A stretch of DNA of 63,788 bases, the filler included, from Octopus bimaculoides (taxonomy: Eukaryota), in assembly GCF_001194135.2 (NCBI RefSeq). It is 7 parts of 6 records of this genome, joined end to end, with 100 filler letters (N's around TTAATTAATTAA, not from the genome) between each part and the next. Parts side by side here need not be neighbours in the genome. Positions count along the whole stretch, not along the records: positions 15,884 to 32,471 come from NC_069008.1; positions 32,572 to 35,463 come from NC_069009.1; positions 35,564 to 48,483 come from NC_068999.1; 4 more parts are not named here. One strand, 5' to 3'. Position numbers and translations under genes: made by a program. Of the stretch, positions 25,041 through 37,967 are shown in pieces (position 1 is the stretch's first letter; the number at the start of each line of letters is the position of its first letter). The notes beneath the pieces were generated by a model. The model searched no databases and was not told the DNA's origin. It was given only the letters and a program-made list of their open reading frames with translations.

Positions 25041-26382
25041 ATGTATGTCTGTCTGTCTGTCTGTCAGTCTGTGTGTTTATGTGCGTGCATCACTAAGACT
25101 CAAGAACTACCCAACCGATTTCATGATCGTAAGATTATGAGTTCGACTCCTGGGCCGGAATGTATTTATATCTATATACATACATAAATACATAGATATA
25201 TATGTATATATATGTGTGCGTGTGTATCTAGGAATAGCTTCCTAGATTCTTAGCTAAGATTCGAAAATTAACCTAAATGTTTCTAAGAGATCCGTTCTAT
25301 TTTTCTCGACATGAACACGAGGAAAATTATGAGAGCCATCTGTTAACCTGTAATTATTTCAAGTCAAACTTAAGTCAAGGCAGATAAGAGGCGGAAAGAC
25401 CTTTGGTTAGCCTGAACTATTTTAGTTAGAAAACAATATAAATACGGAACCCAAATTTGGTCCTATCTCTTTTGCTTGGCCCCTGGCCAAAAGAAGCACA
25501 TCAGTAATGACATGTCGCTGCGGTACTACATAGCTTTCACCCTCTCTACTTGTCAATACAGCGAGGAAAATTCTTTTACCCTTTCTCTCTCCTTCTTCTA
25601 CCTCTTCTCCTAGCAGCCAACTACATATTAACTTACTACCTATAAGATGGACCATAGATCTAAAAATAATCTTCTAAGTAGCTGTTGTATCATACAGTGT
25701 AAGGCCATAATACTAATTATTTTCTTCCTCTCATTTTTTGATACATATAAATTATTACATTCTGGTGACACCCGACTTCAGAACTGCATGCCTTTTCAAC
25801 CAAATGCTGTATTCCTGTGAAGAGATGATTTTTACGACTGGAGACGGGAATTGAACTATCGGAATCAACGTTTAAACTCCATATATCAGTAAAATATCTT
25901 TTACATTTCTGCTGAATTAGAAGTTAAGTTCTGCCTTAAAGAAATTTATATGCACCCATTTCAACTTGAAATACGCAGCCCCACTAAGCTACAATCTGTG
26001 AATCTGTAAAGAAACGAAAGATGCATTTTCGTATTGAAATTCCTCAATCCGACTTTCAACTGGCGGCAACACACGATAAAAGAACGACAAAAATCCAGCC
26101 GACCGCGACGCACCTTACAGAAACAACCAAATCGCATCTCTGCAAGTCTATAAATCACACGAACTGCACTCGAAAGACAATACAAATAACTTGTACGCTG
26201 AAACTAGGGAAAGTCAGCAAGCGACATTTTCGAAAACCACGAAATCTTTGTCTTGCGTCCCGAAGTTCAAATCCTGCTTTTCTTCGCAGTTCTACATGGA
26301 ATCTACGTGTATAGACTCTAATAGACTCTCAAGACTCTAATAGACTCTTATAGACTTTCTTAGCATGTACTGGTAAGTTTAT

Positions 26383-26535
26383 GCCCAGGTAACTTAGCGA
26401 TTCGGCGAAAGGAACTGATAGAATAAGTACTAGGCTTACAGACAGTAAGTCCTGAAGTCAATTTCTAAAACCCTTCAAGACGATGCTCCAGTATGGCCGC
26501 AGTCAAATGATTGAAACAAGTAAAAGAATAAAAGA
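26383..26535 (+). mobile_element. SINE family B, 3' part
   Basis: GTAACTTAGCGATTCGGC...GATAGAATAAGTACTAGGCTTAC...TTGAAACAAGTAAAAGA. Confidence 0.8.
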
Positions 26536-26589
26536 ACACACACCTACACACGCATTCACATATGTACACATCAGTACACACTGTGTAAA

Positions 26590-26709
26590 ACATCATATAC
26601 ACATTCACACACACACACACGCACACATACATGCACACACAAACACACATGCGCACATACACACACATGTACATACATATTTATACATACACACAAACAG
26701 ATATGCATT

Positions 26710-26742
<33 letters not shown>

Positions 26743-27719
26743 TTACACACACAAACACACAAACAAGCACACATACTCACACACGCATACACACACAGAC
26801 ATGGACACACACTCACACACACGCACGCATACACACACACGCATACACACACACGCATACGCACACAGACATGGACACACACTCACACGCACGCACGCAT
26901 ACACACACACGCATACACACACAACCAGACATGCATACGCACACACGCAAGCATATANNNNNNNNNNNNNNNNNNNNNNNNNNNNNNNNNNNNNNNNNNN
27001 NNNNNNNNNNNNNNNNNNNNNNNNNNNNNNNNNNNNNNNNNNNNNNNNNNNNNNNNNNNNNNNNNNNNNNNNNNNNNNNNNNNNNNNNNNNNNNNNNNNN
27101 NNNNNNNNNNNNNNNNNNNNNNNNNNNNNNNNNNNNNNNNNNNNNNNNNNNNNNNNNNNNNNNNNNTAAACTTGTATTACCCTCGCGCCGACTTCATCAC
27201 ACAACCACTTCGAAGCCAGCGAATACACAGCCACCGCGATTCCCACCCCTCGCCACCATCGCCACCACTACAAAACCATTACCGTCACCTCCGCAAATAG
27301 AGCATCAATTCACGACCACCGCCATAACCTCCTCCTCCACCACCACCGCCGCCGCCGCCGCCGCCACTACCGTCCGTACAGCCAATACCTCTCCCCACGC
27401 CCCTGCTGCTAGCCCAGTGCAGTGAGAGGTGAAGAAGAGTTGTCTGAACACAGCAAGCAGTAATTGAATCTTAGAGTTATTGCCTTATTTACACTCACAC
27501 TATCGCCCTCTAACGGTCGTTCATTGAATTAACCAAACGTGCACATCCTAGCTGCAATCTCTTGTGCATTGAAACATGAATCACACACAGACACACACAT
27601 ACACACACACATTTATACATGACTATATGTACATATAACTATGCATGTATATATATGTGTGTATGTATGTCTTTATACAAATGAGTACGAATTAGTGTGC
27701 GTGAGTGAGAGTGTGTGTA

Positions 27720-27754
<35 letters not shown>

Positions 27755-27874
27755 ATGCTAATGCATAGAAAAATGGATCAACACACATGAATACATGAAT
27801 ACAATACTGATTGGAGGCACGCGCAGCAGTACATATACGTGTAAACATACATACTTACATACATACACCCATGT

Positions 27875-27921
<47 letters not shown>

Positions 27922-28052
27922 TGCAACGAACAATTACAGCCGCTAAACGACACCACTATACTGACGCTGTGTAACATAAACATACACACGGCGATACATA
28001 AGCATTTATGCACAGATAAACAGTCGCACAGGCTGTAATTTATACTTACACT

Positions 28053-28083
<31 letters not shown>

Positions 28084-28338
28084 ACACACATGCACACACA
28101 CACACACAGAAAGAGAAAGCAAGAGAGGGAGAGAGAGAAAGAAAGAGAGATACAGATATACAGATATATAAAAAGGTAAAAAGATTTCCTTTATACTAAT
28201 GGCTGCACATCTATCTATAATTGTTCACGGATGAAGACCCGATTACAGCGACCCCTACGGTCAAAGAAACCCTACTCTTTGTGTATGTGTACACACACAT
28301 AAACATACATACATACGTACATACATATAGACATGCAT

Positions 28339-28379
<41 letters not shown>

Positions 28380-28803
28380 CATATACATATATATGCACAT
28401 TTATGTGTGTATGTTTGTATGTCTATGTATGTGTGAGAGCGCCTGTCTAAACGGGTTGAAAAGAGAAAACAAACTTTGCTACAGTAACGAGGGCGAATCG
28501 TCGATTACAACGCTCCTGGCGTATATGTGCACGTGTGTCTACTATATATATATATATATTTCTGTGTGCACACTGTGTACATGTATGTATGTGTACGTTT
28601 GTACACTGTGTCAATGTATGATTCAAACGTGTATATATGTATATGTATTAGTGTGAATTCATTGTTGCTTGCGTGTGTGTGTGTGTGTGTTTGTGTGTAT
28701 GTCTGTGTGTGTGTGTGTGTGTACTTAATAAATACGTAAAAGATGATGTCACGTGCGTCGGTATTGACACACATACATAAGAAGACACAAATTCCTACAT
28801 ACA

Positions 28804-28853
<50 letters not shown>

Positions 28854-28965
28854 TTGGTATACCCACATACACCTTCAGCAAAATATGTAATGAAGCGGCA
28901 GTGTGTGGATATATATGTATACAAACACTCACGCACCCTCGCGTATTCATACACACACACACACA

Positions 28966-29003
<38 letters not shown>

Positions 29004-29309
29004 TACACACATATATATATACGTGTGTGTATATATTTTGATATTTTTATGTGTATGTGTCTGTATGAAAGAGTGTGTATGTATATATTTTTTTCTTTCC
29101 AGAAAAAAAAATGTGAATATGTAACTATGTGTGTGGGCATGATAATGTATTCTATGAGAGTTTGTTTGTGTAATGTATGAATGTATGCATGTTTGTACAT
29201 TTATTTTAGCTATAGAGCAAAATATACGCCTACATATATATATGCGTATGTCTGTGTATTGAGTGTATGTGTGAATAAATATGTATATGTGTATGTGCGT
29301 ATAAACGTT

Positions 29310-29358
<49 letters not shown>

Positions 29359-29400
29359 CTGTGTATGTGTGTGTGTGTATGTGTGTGTGTTTGTATGTCG
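26590..29400. repeat. CA/TG/TA-rich low-complexity tract with short unique islands
   Basis: Direct reading; approximately 70-bp internal duplication at 26793-26935. Confidence 0.8.
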
Positions 29401-30340
29401 CACCTTTACATAATAATTCTGTACCATGCGCTCACGATCGTATCAAGGAATTTGGACGCAGTGATCTTCAATGTATTTTCATGGTAGTTGCTGAAGAAAA
29501 ATACAAGATGGCGGCGTGTTACATGCAGGTTGATGTCAGCAGTGGTTTGTCTTTTGTTATAAATAAGACAGCAAAAGTGTTGTATCGTATCTAGAAGTCG
29601 AAAATAGTTCTGCTCATCACCCCCCACACACACTCCACGTTATTGGTGAGGTGTCTTCTATATGATATTTCTCAGTCAAACATACATCGTATATTCCTGC
29701 ATAGGGTGGATCTCACAAAGATACACTATCTGACGTAGGTAAAAGCATCCTTTAATAAGTAAACCATGTAGACGGACATAGCAAGGCATTAATTGAAGTA
29801 GAAAATAATCTATCCTAAGCGACGGTTCATTTATCTATGTTCTGCCAATAGACATTGCTCGATCTTGGATTGTGATCGAAGTCACTTGCATAAAGTACCG
29901 GACATCGAATACCTGAAACCTCGTGCTTGCAAAACGAACTTTTTAACCACACTGCCATGCCGACCACTATGTATTGCCTACTGCTATTTGTTGTCTTCTA
30001 CCATCTGTTTTCCTGTGTATGCGCGTTTCTATTTCTGTGTGTTGCGTATGTGTATGTCTAAGTTACGAGATAGATATGTATCACATACACACACATATAC
30101 AGAAACATATACAGACAAAGATATACAGACACACAGACACGCACAAAAAAGTGATTTTGTAATCGACGGTGCAAAGTGCACCGGGCTTATACATCTGAAG
30201 AAGTGCGACGAATATCGTGTCGTTCATACAGATACTAAAAGTCCTGAGTGTAAGTTTCTATAGCTGTACTGTTCAATGAATATAGATCTCTATTTCCAAC
30301 AATATTGAAATCTACTTCTTTTGTCGCCAAAGCAGTTTGT

Positions 30341-30388
<48 letters not shown>

Positions 30389-31189
30389 ATATAAGTGTCA
30401 ATTCATTACGGCCGTTTCGAACGACTCCTTTAATTGATCATTCAAAGCATTACAGCATTACTAAGTTGGGTCGGGCCATTTGCATACACTGCATGAATAT
30501 CAGGTGGAAAAATTCTATGTAGAGTTTGATACTCACCTAATATTGATAATGTGTGCAAATAGGTTCGTCCTAACAAGGTACCTCAATTTAAGTACCTAAC
30601 TCAACGGAATCTAAATTACATTTTGTGTGTGTGTGTGTGTTTGCACAGTTTAGACATTTGCCCACACCCATATATTACTCCTTCAGTGATATGCTTTACT
30701 TCCGAGTCTCTATGTTTTCCACGCACTTTCAATCGGAACTCCTGAAGTCAAAAAGGGATCCCTTGACGACAGCTTCGCGCATTGTTGTGTTATACATAAA
30801 TGCATGTGTATCATGTATGTATGTAAATGTATGTGCGTGTGTATATATGTGCGTGTGAGTATGTATGCGTTTGTATGTGTGTAAATATATGCATATATAT
30901 ATACATTTATGCGTATGTGTATATACATACATATATATTTTTATAAGTATCTTTATTGAAAGTGTGTCAATAGCCAGCTGGAGAAGGTGTCTTCCTGGGG
31001 CTACAAGCTACAGTAGCATTCACCCTTACGGGTTAGCCGCATTTAAGTGGCAAATATACTTCACGTTGTCGTGCTGCTACTGTTTATACCTCGTTCAGAG
31101 ATTTATTATAACAATATTTAACTTTCTATGAAAACACTAAATACTAAATTTCTTGAAATGATCCCCCAATGTTTGAGATAGTAGTTCAA

Positions 31190-31400
31190 TATTAATCTCT
31201 TCATTGCCAACAGGGGGATAAACGTAGAGGAGACAAACAAGGACAGACAAAGGGATTAAGTCGATTACATCGACTCCAGTGCGTAACTGGTACTTATTTA
31301 ATCGACCCCGAAAGGATGAAAGGCAAAGAAGACCTCGGCGGAATTTGAACTCAGAACGCATTTCGCCCGGCGTGCTAACGTATCTGCCAGCTCGCCGCCC
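31190..31400 (-). mobile_element. SINE family A variant
   Basis: AAGTCGATTACATCGACTCCAGTGCGTAACTGGTAC...GAATTTGAACTCAGAAC...CTGCCAGCTCGCCGCC. Confidence 0.85.
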
Positions 31401-31635
31401 TGATAGTAGTTCAATCTTGTCATTGAGCTTTAGACGTTTCTCCAACGAAGGCGCAAATTTCAATTAATTTAGAAAAATTTGCTAACGTTCAACATTAATC
31501 AGTTCATTACCACTTGAATACCTTCTTGAATACCTTCTTGAATACTTACATTTTTGTAATTGTGTAGATCATTCAAGTGGACTTGAAGGGTAGACTTGTT
31601 TTTCCATAGAGGATAGTGGTAACATCACTCTTAAG

Positions 31636-31700
31636 ACTGAACCCGGAACCATGTGGTTAGGAAGCAAGTTTTTTTCCCATACAGCCACGCCTGTGCCTGT
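31636..31700 (-). mobile_element. SINE family B head remnant
   Basis: CTGAACCCGGAACCATGTGGTTAGGAAGCAAG...ACAGCCACGCCTG. Confidence 0.65.
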
Positions 31701-31759
31701 GTGTGCATGTGTGTGTGTGTGTGTGTGAGGTCATTTGTGAGCTCTACTGATAATATGTA

Positions 31760-32190
31760 ATCCAGTACACCCTGTTGCATAATGGGATCATCGGCGACTA
31801 AACTGGCAACTCCACAACTTCACTAAGCATGTTTAAGGAAAAGGGTGATTGGACACTCTACAGGATAAAAATCAAAGCCTGTCAAAGGGCATATGGACTC
31901 ATTAAAGTCAACGGCCATCAAATATGGTGTACAAAAGCTTGGTCCTGCAATTACTCAGTAGTTCCTGAAGCAATCATCGACAGACTGGTAACTTGGGTAC
32001 AGAAAACACAGCCGCTGCACAGAAGATTGACATGTTTACAACAATTACCAGACGCAACAGCAGGGAACTATGAGAATGGAAATGTAGGCTTGGGGTACCA
32101 CATTACTACGAATGAGTGACCCTTACGCTTTTTAAGGAGAAGGAAAATTCTAATGGTGAAAACTACGGCTCGATGACAGCCAATGATGTT
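31760..32190 (+). mobile_element. Highly decayed LINE remnant, possibly RTE
   Basis: Broken frame AIKYG...MRMEM*AWGTTLLRMSD weakly resembles RTE MLYG...RWxGHVLRM. Confidence 0.3.
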
Positions 32191-32571
32191 GACTAGATTT
32201 TTTTGGAGGTATCTGTCATCGTTGCTGACAAAGTAGGATTTGTTTGTGTGCAGGGCTTCTCCTTACTTAAAAAAACAACAACACCATGCTCAGTTATCGC
32301 CTGACGTGCCAGCATCGCACTCTGATACTCGAGAATGAGGAAGTGGTCATCATGTATGTATATATGTATATACATACGTATGGATGTATCTATGTATGAA
32401 TGTATGTATATATGTATATTTGTATATATAAATATATATATATCATATATATATATATATATATATATATANNNNNNNNNNNNNNNNNNNNNNNNNNNNN
32501 NNNNNNNNNNNNNNNTTAATTAATTAANNNNNNNNNNNNNNNNNNNNNNNNNNNNNNNNNNNNNNNNNNNN

Positions 32572-32685
32572 GTTCTGGGTCCAGTATCGCTACATGGCAC
32601 CTTGTGCGTGTGCCTTCTACTATAGTTCCAGGCTGACTAAAGCTTTGTGAGGGGATTTGGTCGATGGAAACTGAACGAAGCCCAT

Positions 32686-32688
<3 letters not shown>
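32572..32688 (+). mobile_element. SINE family B core region
   Basis: GGCACCTTGTGCGTGTGCCTTCTACTATAG...GGATTTGGTCGATGGAAACTGAACGAAGCCC. Confidence 0.75.
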
Positions 32689-32731
<43 letters not shown>

Positions 32732-32929
32732 TGTATGTATGCATTTATTATTCAGTTGCAGGATTCATTAGACTCAAGGTATTTTAACATTCAGGACATA
32801 GGAAAAGATCTAATTTAGTGCGTATGTATATATTTACATACATACATTTCTCTAAATATACATACATGCATGTAGGTTTACAATCCAATGTAAGTTCTGG
32901 ATCCAACATAGGGAAGGTTTCAGGTGTGG

Positions 32930-34915
32930 CATTTGTGTAAGCTAACATAGAGAGATACTAGGATATTAATGATGAGGCTAAATTCCTTGCTAAATGTAGT
33001 AATATTATTGATAGATTAGAAGCTTTGATTACTTTTGAAAAACCATAAACCTAATTTTCATGATAATCCTACTTGTAGATTGTTGACCCCAGTAAGATCT
33101 GAAATTGGGCTAAGAAACATTAATAATAGAATTAGAAATATTACTGAGCTTCAACAACGGAATAACAGTTTAACAGTAATAGATTGGTTTAAGAACATTA
33201 GTAATAAGTATAAGGCTAAATTCACCCAGTTTGATATCATAGACTTTTTATTCCTCTATAGCGAGATCACTGCTTGATAAAGCCATTGAGTTTGCTAAAT
33301 CATATGCTAATATTGACCCTATAGACCTAGATTTTATCAGGCATGTGGGGAAAACACTACTGTTTAGTAAAGGATTAGTGTGGGTAAAAAAGTCACATGA
33401 TGACAAACTATTTGATGTATCTATGGGGTCATATAATAGTGCTGACATCTGTGACCTTGTGAGTTTGTCTATATGAAACACATTGAAGTATCATGACATT
33501 GCTCTATACCGAGACAATGGTTTGGGTATTTCCCATGAGTGTAATGGTCACACTCTTGATAGATTTAGAAAATAACTTATTTCTACCTTTAGTCAATTAG
33601 CCCTTAAAATTACAGCAGCTACTTTTTGTCTAAAGTTGAATTTTTAGATGTTTCCCTAGAACTCCTCGTAAGCCTTTCCATAAGCCTAATGAGAAACTTG
33701 CTTCTATGCATTAACAGTTTGTTGCCCTCCTGTAATATTTAAAGACCTGATATCATCTAACATTAGTAACAGAGTGTCTAACTTCTCTTCCCTCAAAGAA
33801 GTTTTCGAGAAAGGAGCTCCCTGTTATTACAATGCCTTAGCCAATAGTAGCTTCAAAGATAGATTAATATATAATCCCTCTAACATTAATCAAAATATTA
33901 ATAATAGATCTAGTGGCATTAAAGATAAAGTAATACATAACCCCTCTACTTTTAATCAGAATAAGAAGGAAAGGGAACCTAAAAATAGGCCAAGGAAAAT
34001 GATTTGGTTTGCCCCTGCCTTTTTCCCTAAAAACTAACATTCCCATCTCTCCTAGACAAACACTTTCCTGCAACTTACAGATATAGGGAAATATTTAATA
34101 GGTGTTCTGTGAAATTATCCTATAGCTGCTGCCCCAGTATGAAGAGTATTGTTACACGTGGTCAACACCAATAGCCTAAATCCAGCTGCAACTGTCGCCA
34201 CCCAGGATACTGTCCACTTGACCAATGATGTATGATTAAATCTATCTTATATGAGGTAGAAAATACAGCAATGTTAGATGATAACACAACCAATAAGAAG
34301 AGCTATGAAAGCAACTTCAAAAATTACAATGCTAACCACACATTTTTCTTTCTGGCTTGCCACATATGGGGTTTGAAGTCTAACATCACATATAATAAAG
34401 TGGAAAATAATTGAAAAATCCTCACCATATGTCAATGGATCAAAAAAATGTAAGCTATGTTTTAGCTGAAAGAACTCAGTTCCTTTTCAGATCTAAGCAT
34501 TCTACCACACTGCTGAATTCGAGATCCAAAATTTTCAGCAGTTTTAAGCATATGGCTAAGTTTCTGTTGGTGAACTGGAAAGTACCACCCTCTTCAAATT
34601 GAGCAGCTGTACTGTAGATTCTAGGCCACTGTCCCTTGAGCCTTATATTTTACGGTCAAAGAGGACAGAGCTCTAATTCTTTCCCACCCCTTTTCCTTCT
34701 TCGGTTTTCTTTTTCATTTTCTGGTTTTTCAACCTTCCACTTTTTTTATGTCTACTTTTTTTTCTCTCATTTTTTCTTTCATCCTATCATTCTATTTTTA
34801 GCTTGTTATGCTATGTGGGCATTGCCTGAAGATTGCAATAAAGCACTAGATGTGTTAAAAAATACTGTCTAGGATGCTTTCATTGCATGAAACTAATAGT
34901 AGCACATAAAAATAT
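32930..34915 (+). mobile_element. Penelope-like element (Naiad-type), RT plus GIY-YIG pseudogene with 3' LTR and hammerhead
   Basis: HKPNFHDNPTCRLL, QFDIIDF, FDVSMGSYNSADICDLV, YRDNGL (YxDD mutated), RKMIWF, FNRCSVKLSYSC, CNCRHPGYCPLD, LACHIWGLK, LAERT; frameshifted throughout. Confidence 0.88.
34812..34908 (+). ncRNA. Type I hammerhead ribozyme with intact core and long stem II
   Basis: CTGAAGA 34826-32; stem II TGCAAT-AAAGCA-CTAGA-GTGTT paired with AATAC-TCTAG-TGCTTT-ATTGCA; GAAAC 34889-93; stem III ACTA-A-TAGT; GTA triplet 34899-901; stem I TGC/GCA plus TATG/CATA. Confidence 0.75.
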
Positions 34916-35061
34916 ATATTGTGTTTATTATATATATATATGTATCTATATGTACATGTAGATGAACGTATATACATACATGTACATATATATATATGCA
35001 TATACTCATATATTGTTTATATATATATATATATATATATATATGCATATACTCATATATT

Positions 35062-35093
<32 letters not shown>

Positions 35094-35095
<2 letters not shown>

Positions 35096-35463
35096 CGACT
35101 GCTCCATCTTGACAGACGATAGCCATCCCATCAACAATCCACACATATCATCACGCAGTACAATCCCTCCGTTGCTGAGCCCTCAAGTGACTTTGAAGTC
35201 CGGCTGCTGAGCGACAAGGTCTACAGCACAGATGACAAATGTTCAGGCCTCTTGATCCTTTCCCGCTGGTATCTGATTCTAAGGAAACGCCTCTGTTAAC
35301 CAGCATATGTCTCTTAAGTCCGGGTATTGTTTTACAAACCTTGTGACATATGCCACAGGTCGCAGAAGGCGGTTGGTATTTAGGGTGTCTGGAATTTCTA
35401 CCCTCATGTGTTTTCATGTGATTCACATATCCTGCTTTTGACAGAAGAACGCGATCACATACA
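35094..35463 (-). mobile_element. RTE-like LINE 3' end with three C-terminal zinc fingers and short 3' UTR
   Basis: VCDRVLLSKAGYVNHMKTH / CGICHKVCKTIPGLKRHMLVN / CHLCCRPCRSAAGLQSHLRAQ, stop, then GGCTATCGTCTGTCAAGATGGAGCAGTCGTC abutting (AT)n. Confidence 0.75.
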
Positions 35464-35563
35464 NNNNNNNNNNNNNNNNNNNNNNNNNNNNNNNNNNNNN
35501 NNNNNNNTTAATTAATTAANNNNNNNNNNNNNNNNNNNNNNNNNNNNNNNNNNNNNNNNNNNN

Positions 35564-35608
<45 letters not shown>

Positions 35609-35610
35609 CA

Positions 35611-35666
<56 letters not shown>

Positions 35667-35668
35667 CA

Positions 35669-35710
<42 letters not shown>

Positions 35711-35900
35711 AATATCTATTTATCTGTCTAACTATCTACTTACCAAACTAAATATGTACCTACACACGTGCACACACCTACATACACACACATCTACATA
35801 CAGACACACGTACATGCATATATACGTACATACACACACACATACACACACACACACCTACATACGCACACATATTACTTTACATACTTACAAAACACAC
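35564..35900. repeat. (ATCT)n and CA-rich microsatellites
   Basis: Direct reading. Confidence 0.9.
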
Positions 35901-36374
35901 AGCAGTTATACATCAACGGGTGTAAATACTCACATGATTGGGTGATGAGTATCTATACATAATATTTGAGTGAGCGAGTACATCGCCATTTTTACTTCTA
36001 GTTCAACTGTGCTAGAACACCAATTTGACCGACATTTTTAAACACAATATTTACTATTCATGTAGTAAGATGTTTATCTCATAGATTCATTGCAACTCTT
36101 TATGGTCTCAAATTGCCGAAAATTATTTGTATATATTGTATTTTCAATGACTGACTATTCAGCACTGACTTTGAATGAACGAAATTATTTAAATATCTAA
36201 AGAACAAACAAAGCTGCCACAAACAAACCGGTTTTTTTTCGCCACTACCCTTTATTCTTTTACACGCAAATAACATCGAAAGTTTGGAGAATGGCCGGTA
36301 GAACATACTTAAACTTTAGGTGTGTCGAGTTCGCGACTCGTATGCATATTTTCTTTTAATATTTTCTGTCGTTT

Positions 36375-36840
<466 letters not shown>

Positions 36841-36847
36841 GAATTGA

Positions 36848-37620
36848 ACCTGGCAATGGCTGCAGAAAGGAGACTTAGAAAGGCCCACTCTCAGAACAAA
36901 CTATTCCAAATATCACATTGATAAAAACACTGACTCGCTACAATGTAGGATGTTCTCTGAGAAGGTAGAAAGTTTAAGCCATAACGTTAGTGAGTGCTGT
37001 AAGCTTGCAAAATGCGAATACAAAAGGAGACACGATCTGTCCACTGGCTGTTGTGCAGTAAAGTAAATTCAAGAGAGCCGAGCAATGGTATGAGCACAAG
37101 ACAGTGGGAGTAATGGCAAACGAACATTACAATATGCTCTGGGATTTTAACATGCAGTGCGAACAAGTCATAGAGGCGAGACGCCCAGATATCGTGCTCA
37201 TCCATAAAAATGAAAAAGAAGTATGGATAATAGATGCTGCAATACCAGGCGATTCGAGGGTGAAAGGAAAGGAAAAAGAAAAGATTGAGAAATAACAACC
37301 TCTGTAGGATGAGATAGGAAAGTTATGGCACATGAGGAAAGTAATGGTGATACCGGTGGTACTTGGAGCATAAGGAGAAGTTTCCAAGGGCTTTGAAAAA
37401 CATATTAAGAATATTGGAGCTGCTGTCAGGTTCCAGGTGATCCAGAAGACAGCATTGTTGGGTACAGTTCGCATTCTAAGGAGAGTATTGTCTCTTTGTG
37501 TCACAGGAGAAGAAGGCACTACTTGAAACCTTTGGTGATTTGTTATTGCCTGTTTCCAAGTAAAAAATTAACCGGCAAATTAAGAACTATCCGAGAGTCT
37601 TTCAGGATAATAATAATAAT

Positions 37621-37682
<62 letters not shown>

Positions 37683-37690
37683 TAATTATG
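36848..37690 (+). mobile_element. R4/Dong-type REL-LINE 3' fragment with (AAT)n tail
   Basis: EYKRRHD, WYEHK, MLWDFNMQCEQVIEARRPDIVLI...WIIDAAIPGDSRVKGKEKEKIEK, QKTALLGTVRILRRVL. Confidence 0.9.
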
Positions 37691-37695
37691 ATAAT

Positions 37696-37891
37696 CTTTT
37701 CTACTCTAGGCACAAGGCCCGAAATTTTGGAGGCGGGGTGGGGCAGTCGATTAGATCGCCACAGTTTGTAACTGGTACTTAATTTAAATACGCCGAAAGG
37801 ATGAAAGGCAAGGTCGACCTCGTGTAAAGACGGACGAAATACCGCCAAGCATTTCACCCGGCGTGATAACGATTCTGCCAGCTCGCCGCCT
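37696..37891 (-). mobile_element. SINE family A (B box deleted) inside an (AAT)n run
   Basis: Family A sequence flanked by (AAT)n at 37606-37690 and 37896-37966. Confidence 0.85.
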
Positions 37892-37895
37892 CGAG

Positions 37896-37967
<72 letters not shown>

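Noticed and set aside
28225-28275. CGGATGA-A-GACC...GGTC resembling a hammerhead
   Set aside because: The core is altered at both ends and there is no stem I or III.
30405-30450. Minus-strand GAAAC-GGCC-GTA resembling a hammerhead stem III
   Set aside because: There is no CUGANGA core and no stem I or II pairing.
34190-34240. In-frame TGA in the Naiad GIY-YIG region as possible selenocysteine
   Set aside because: The Cys motifs (CNCR, CP) use TGC/TGT, the TGA is at a non-Cys position in a generally decayed frame, and no SECIS was identified.
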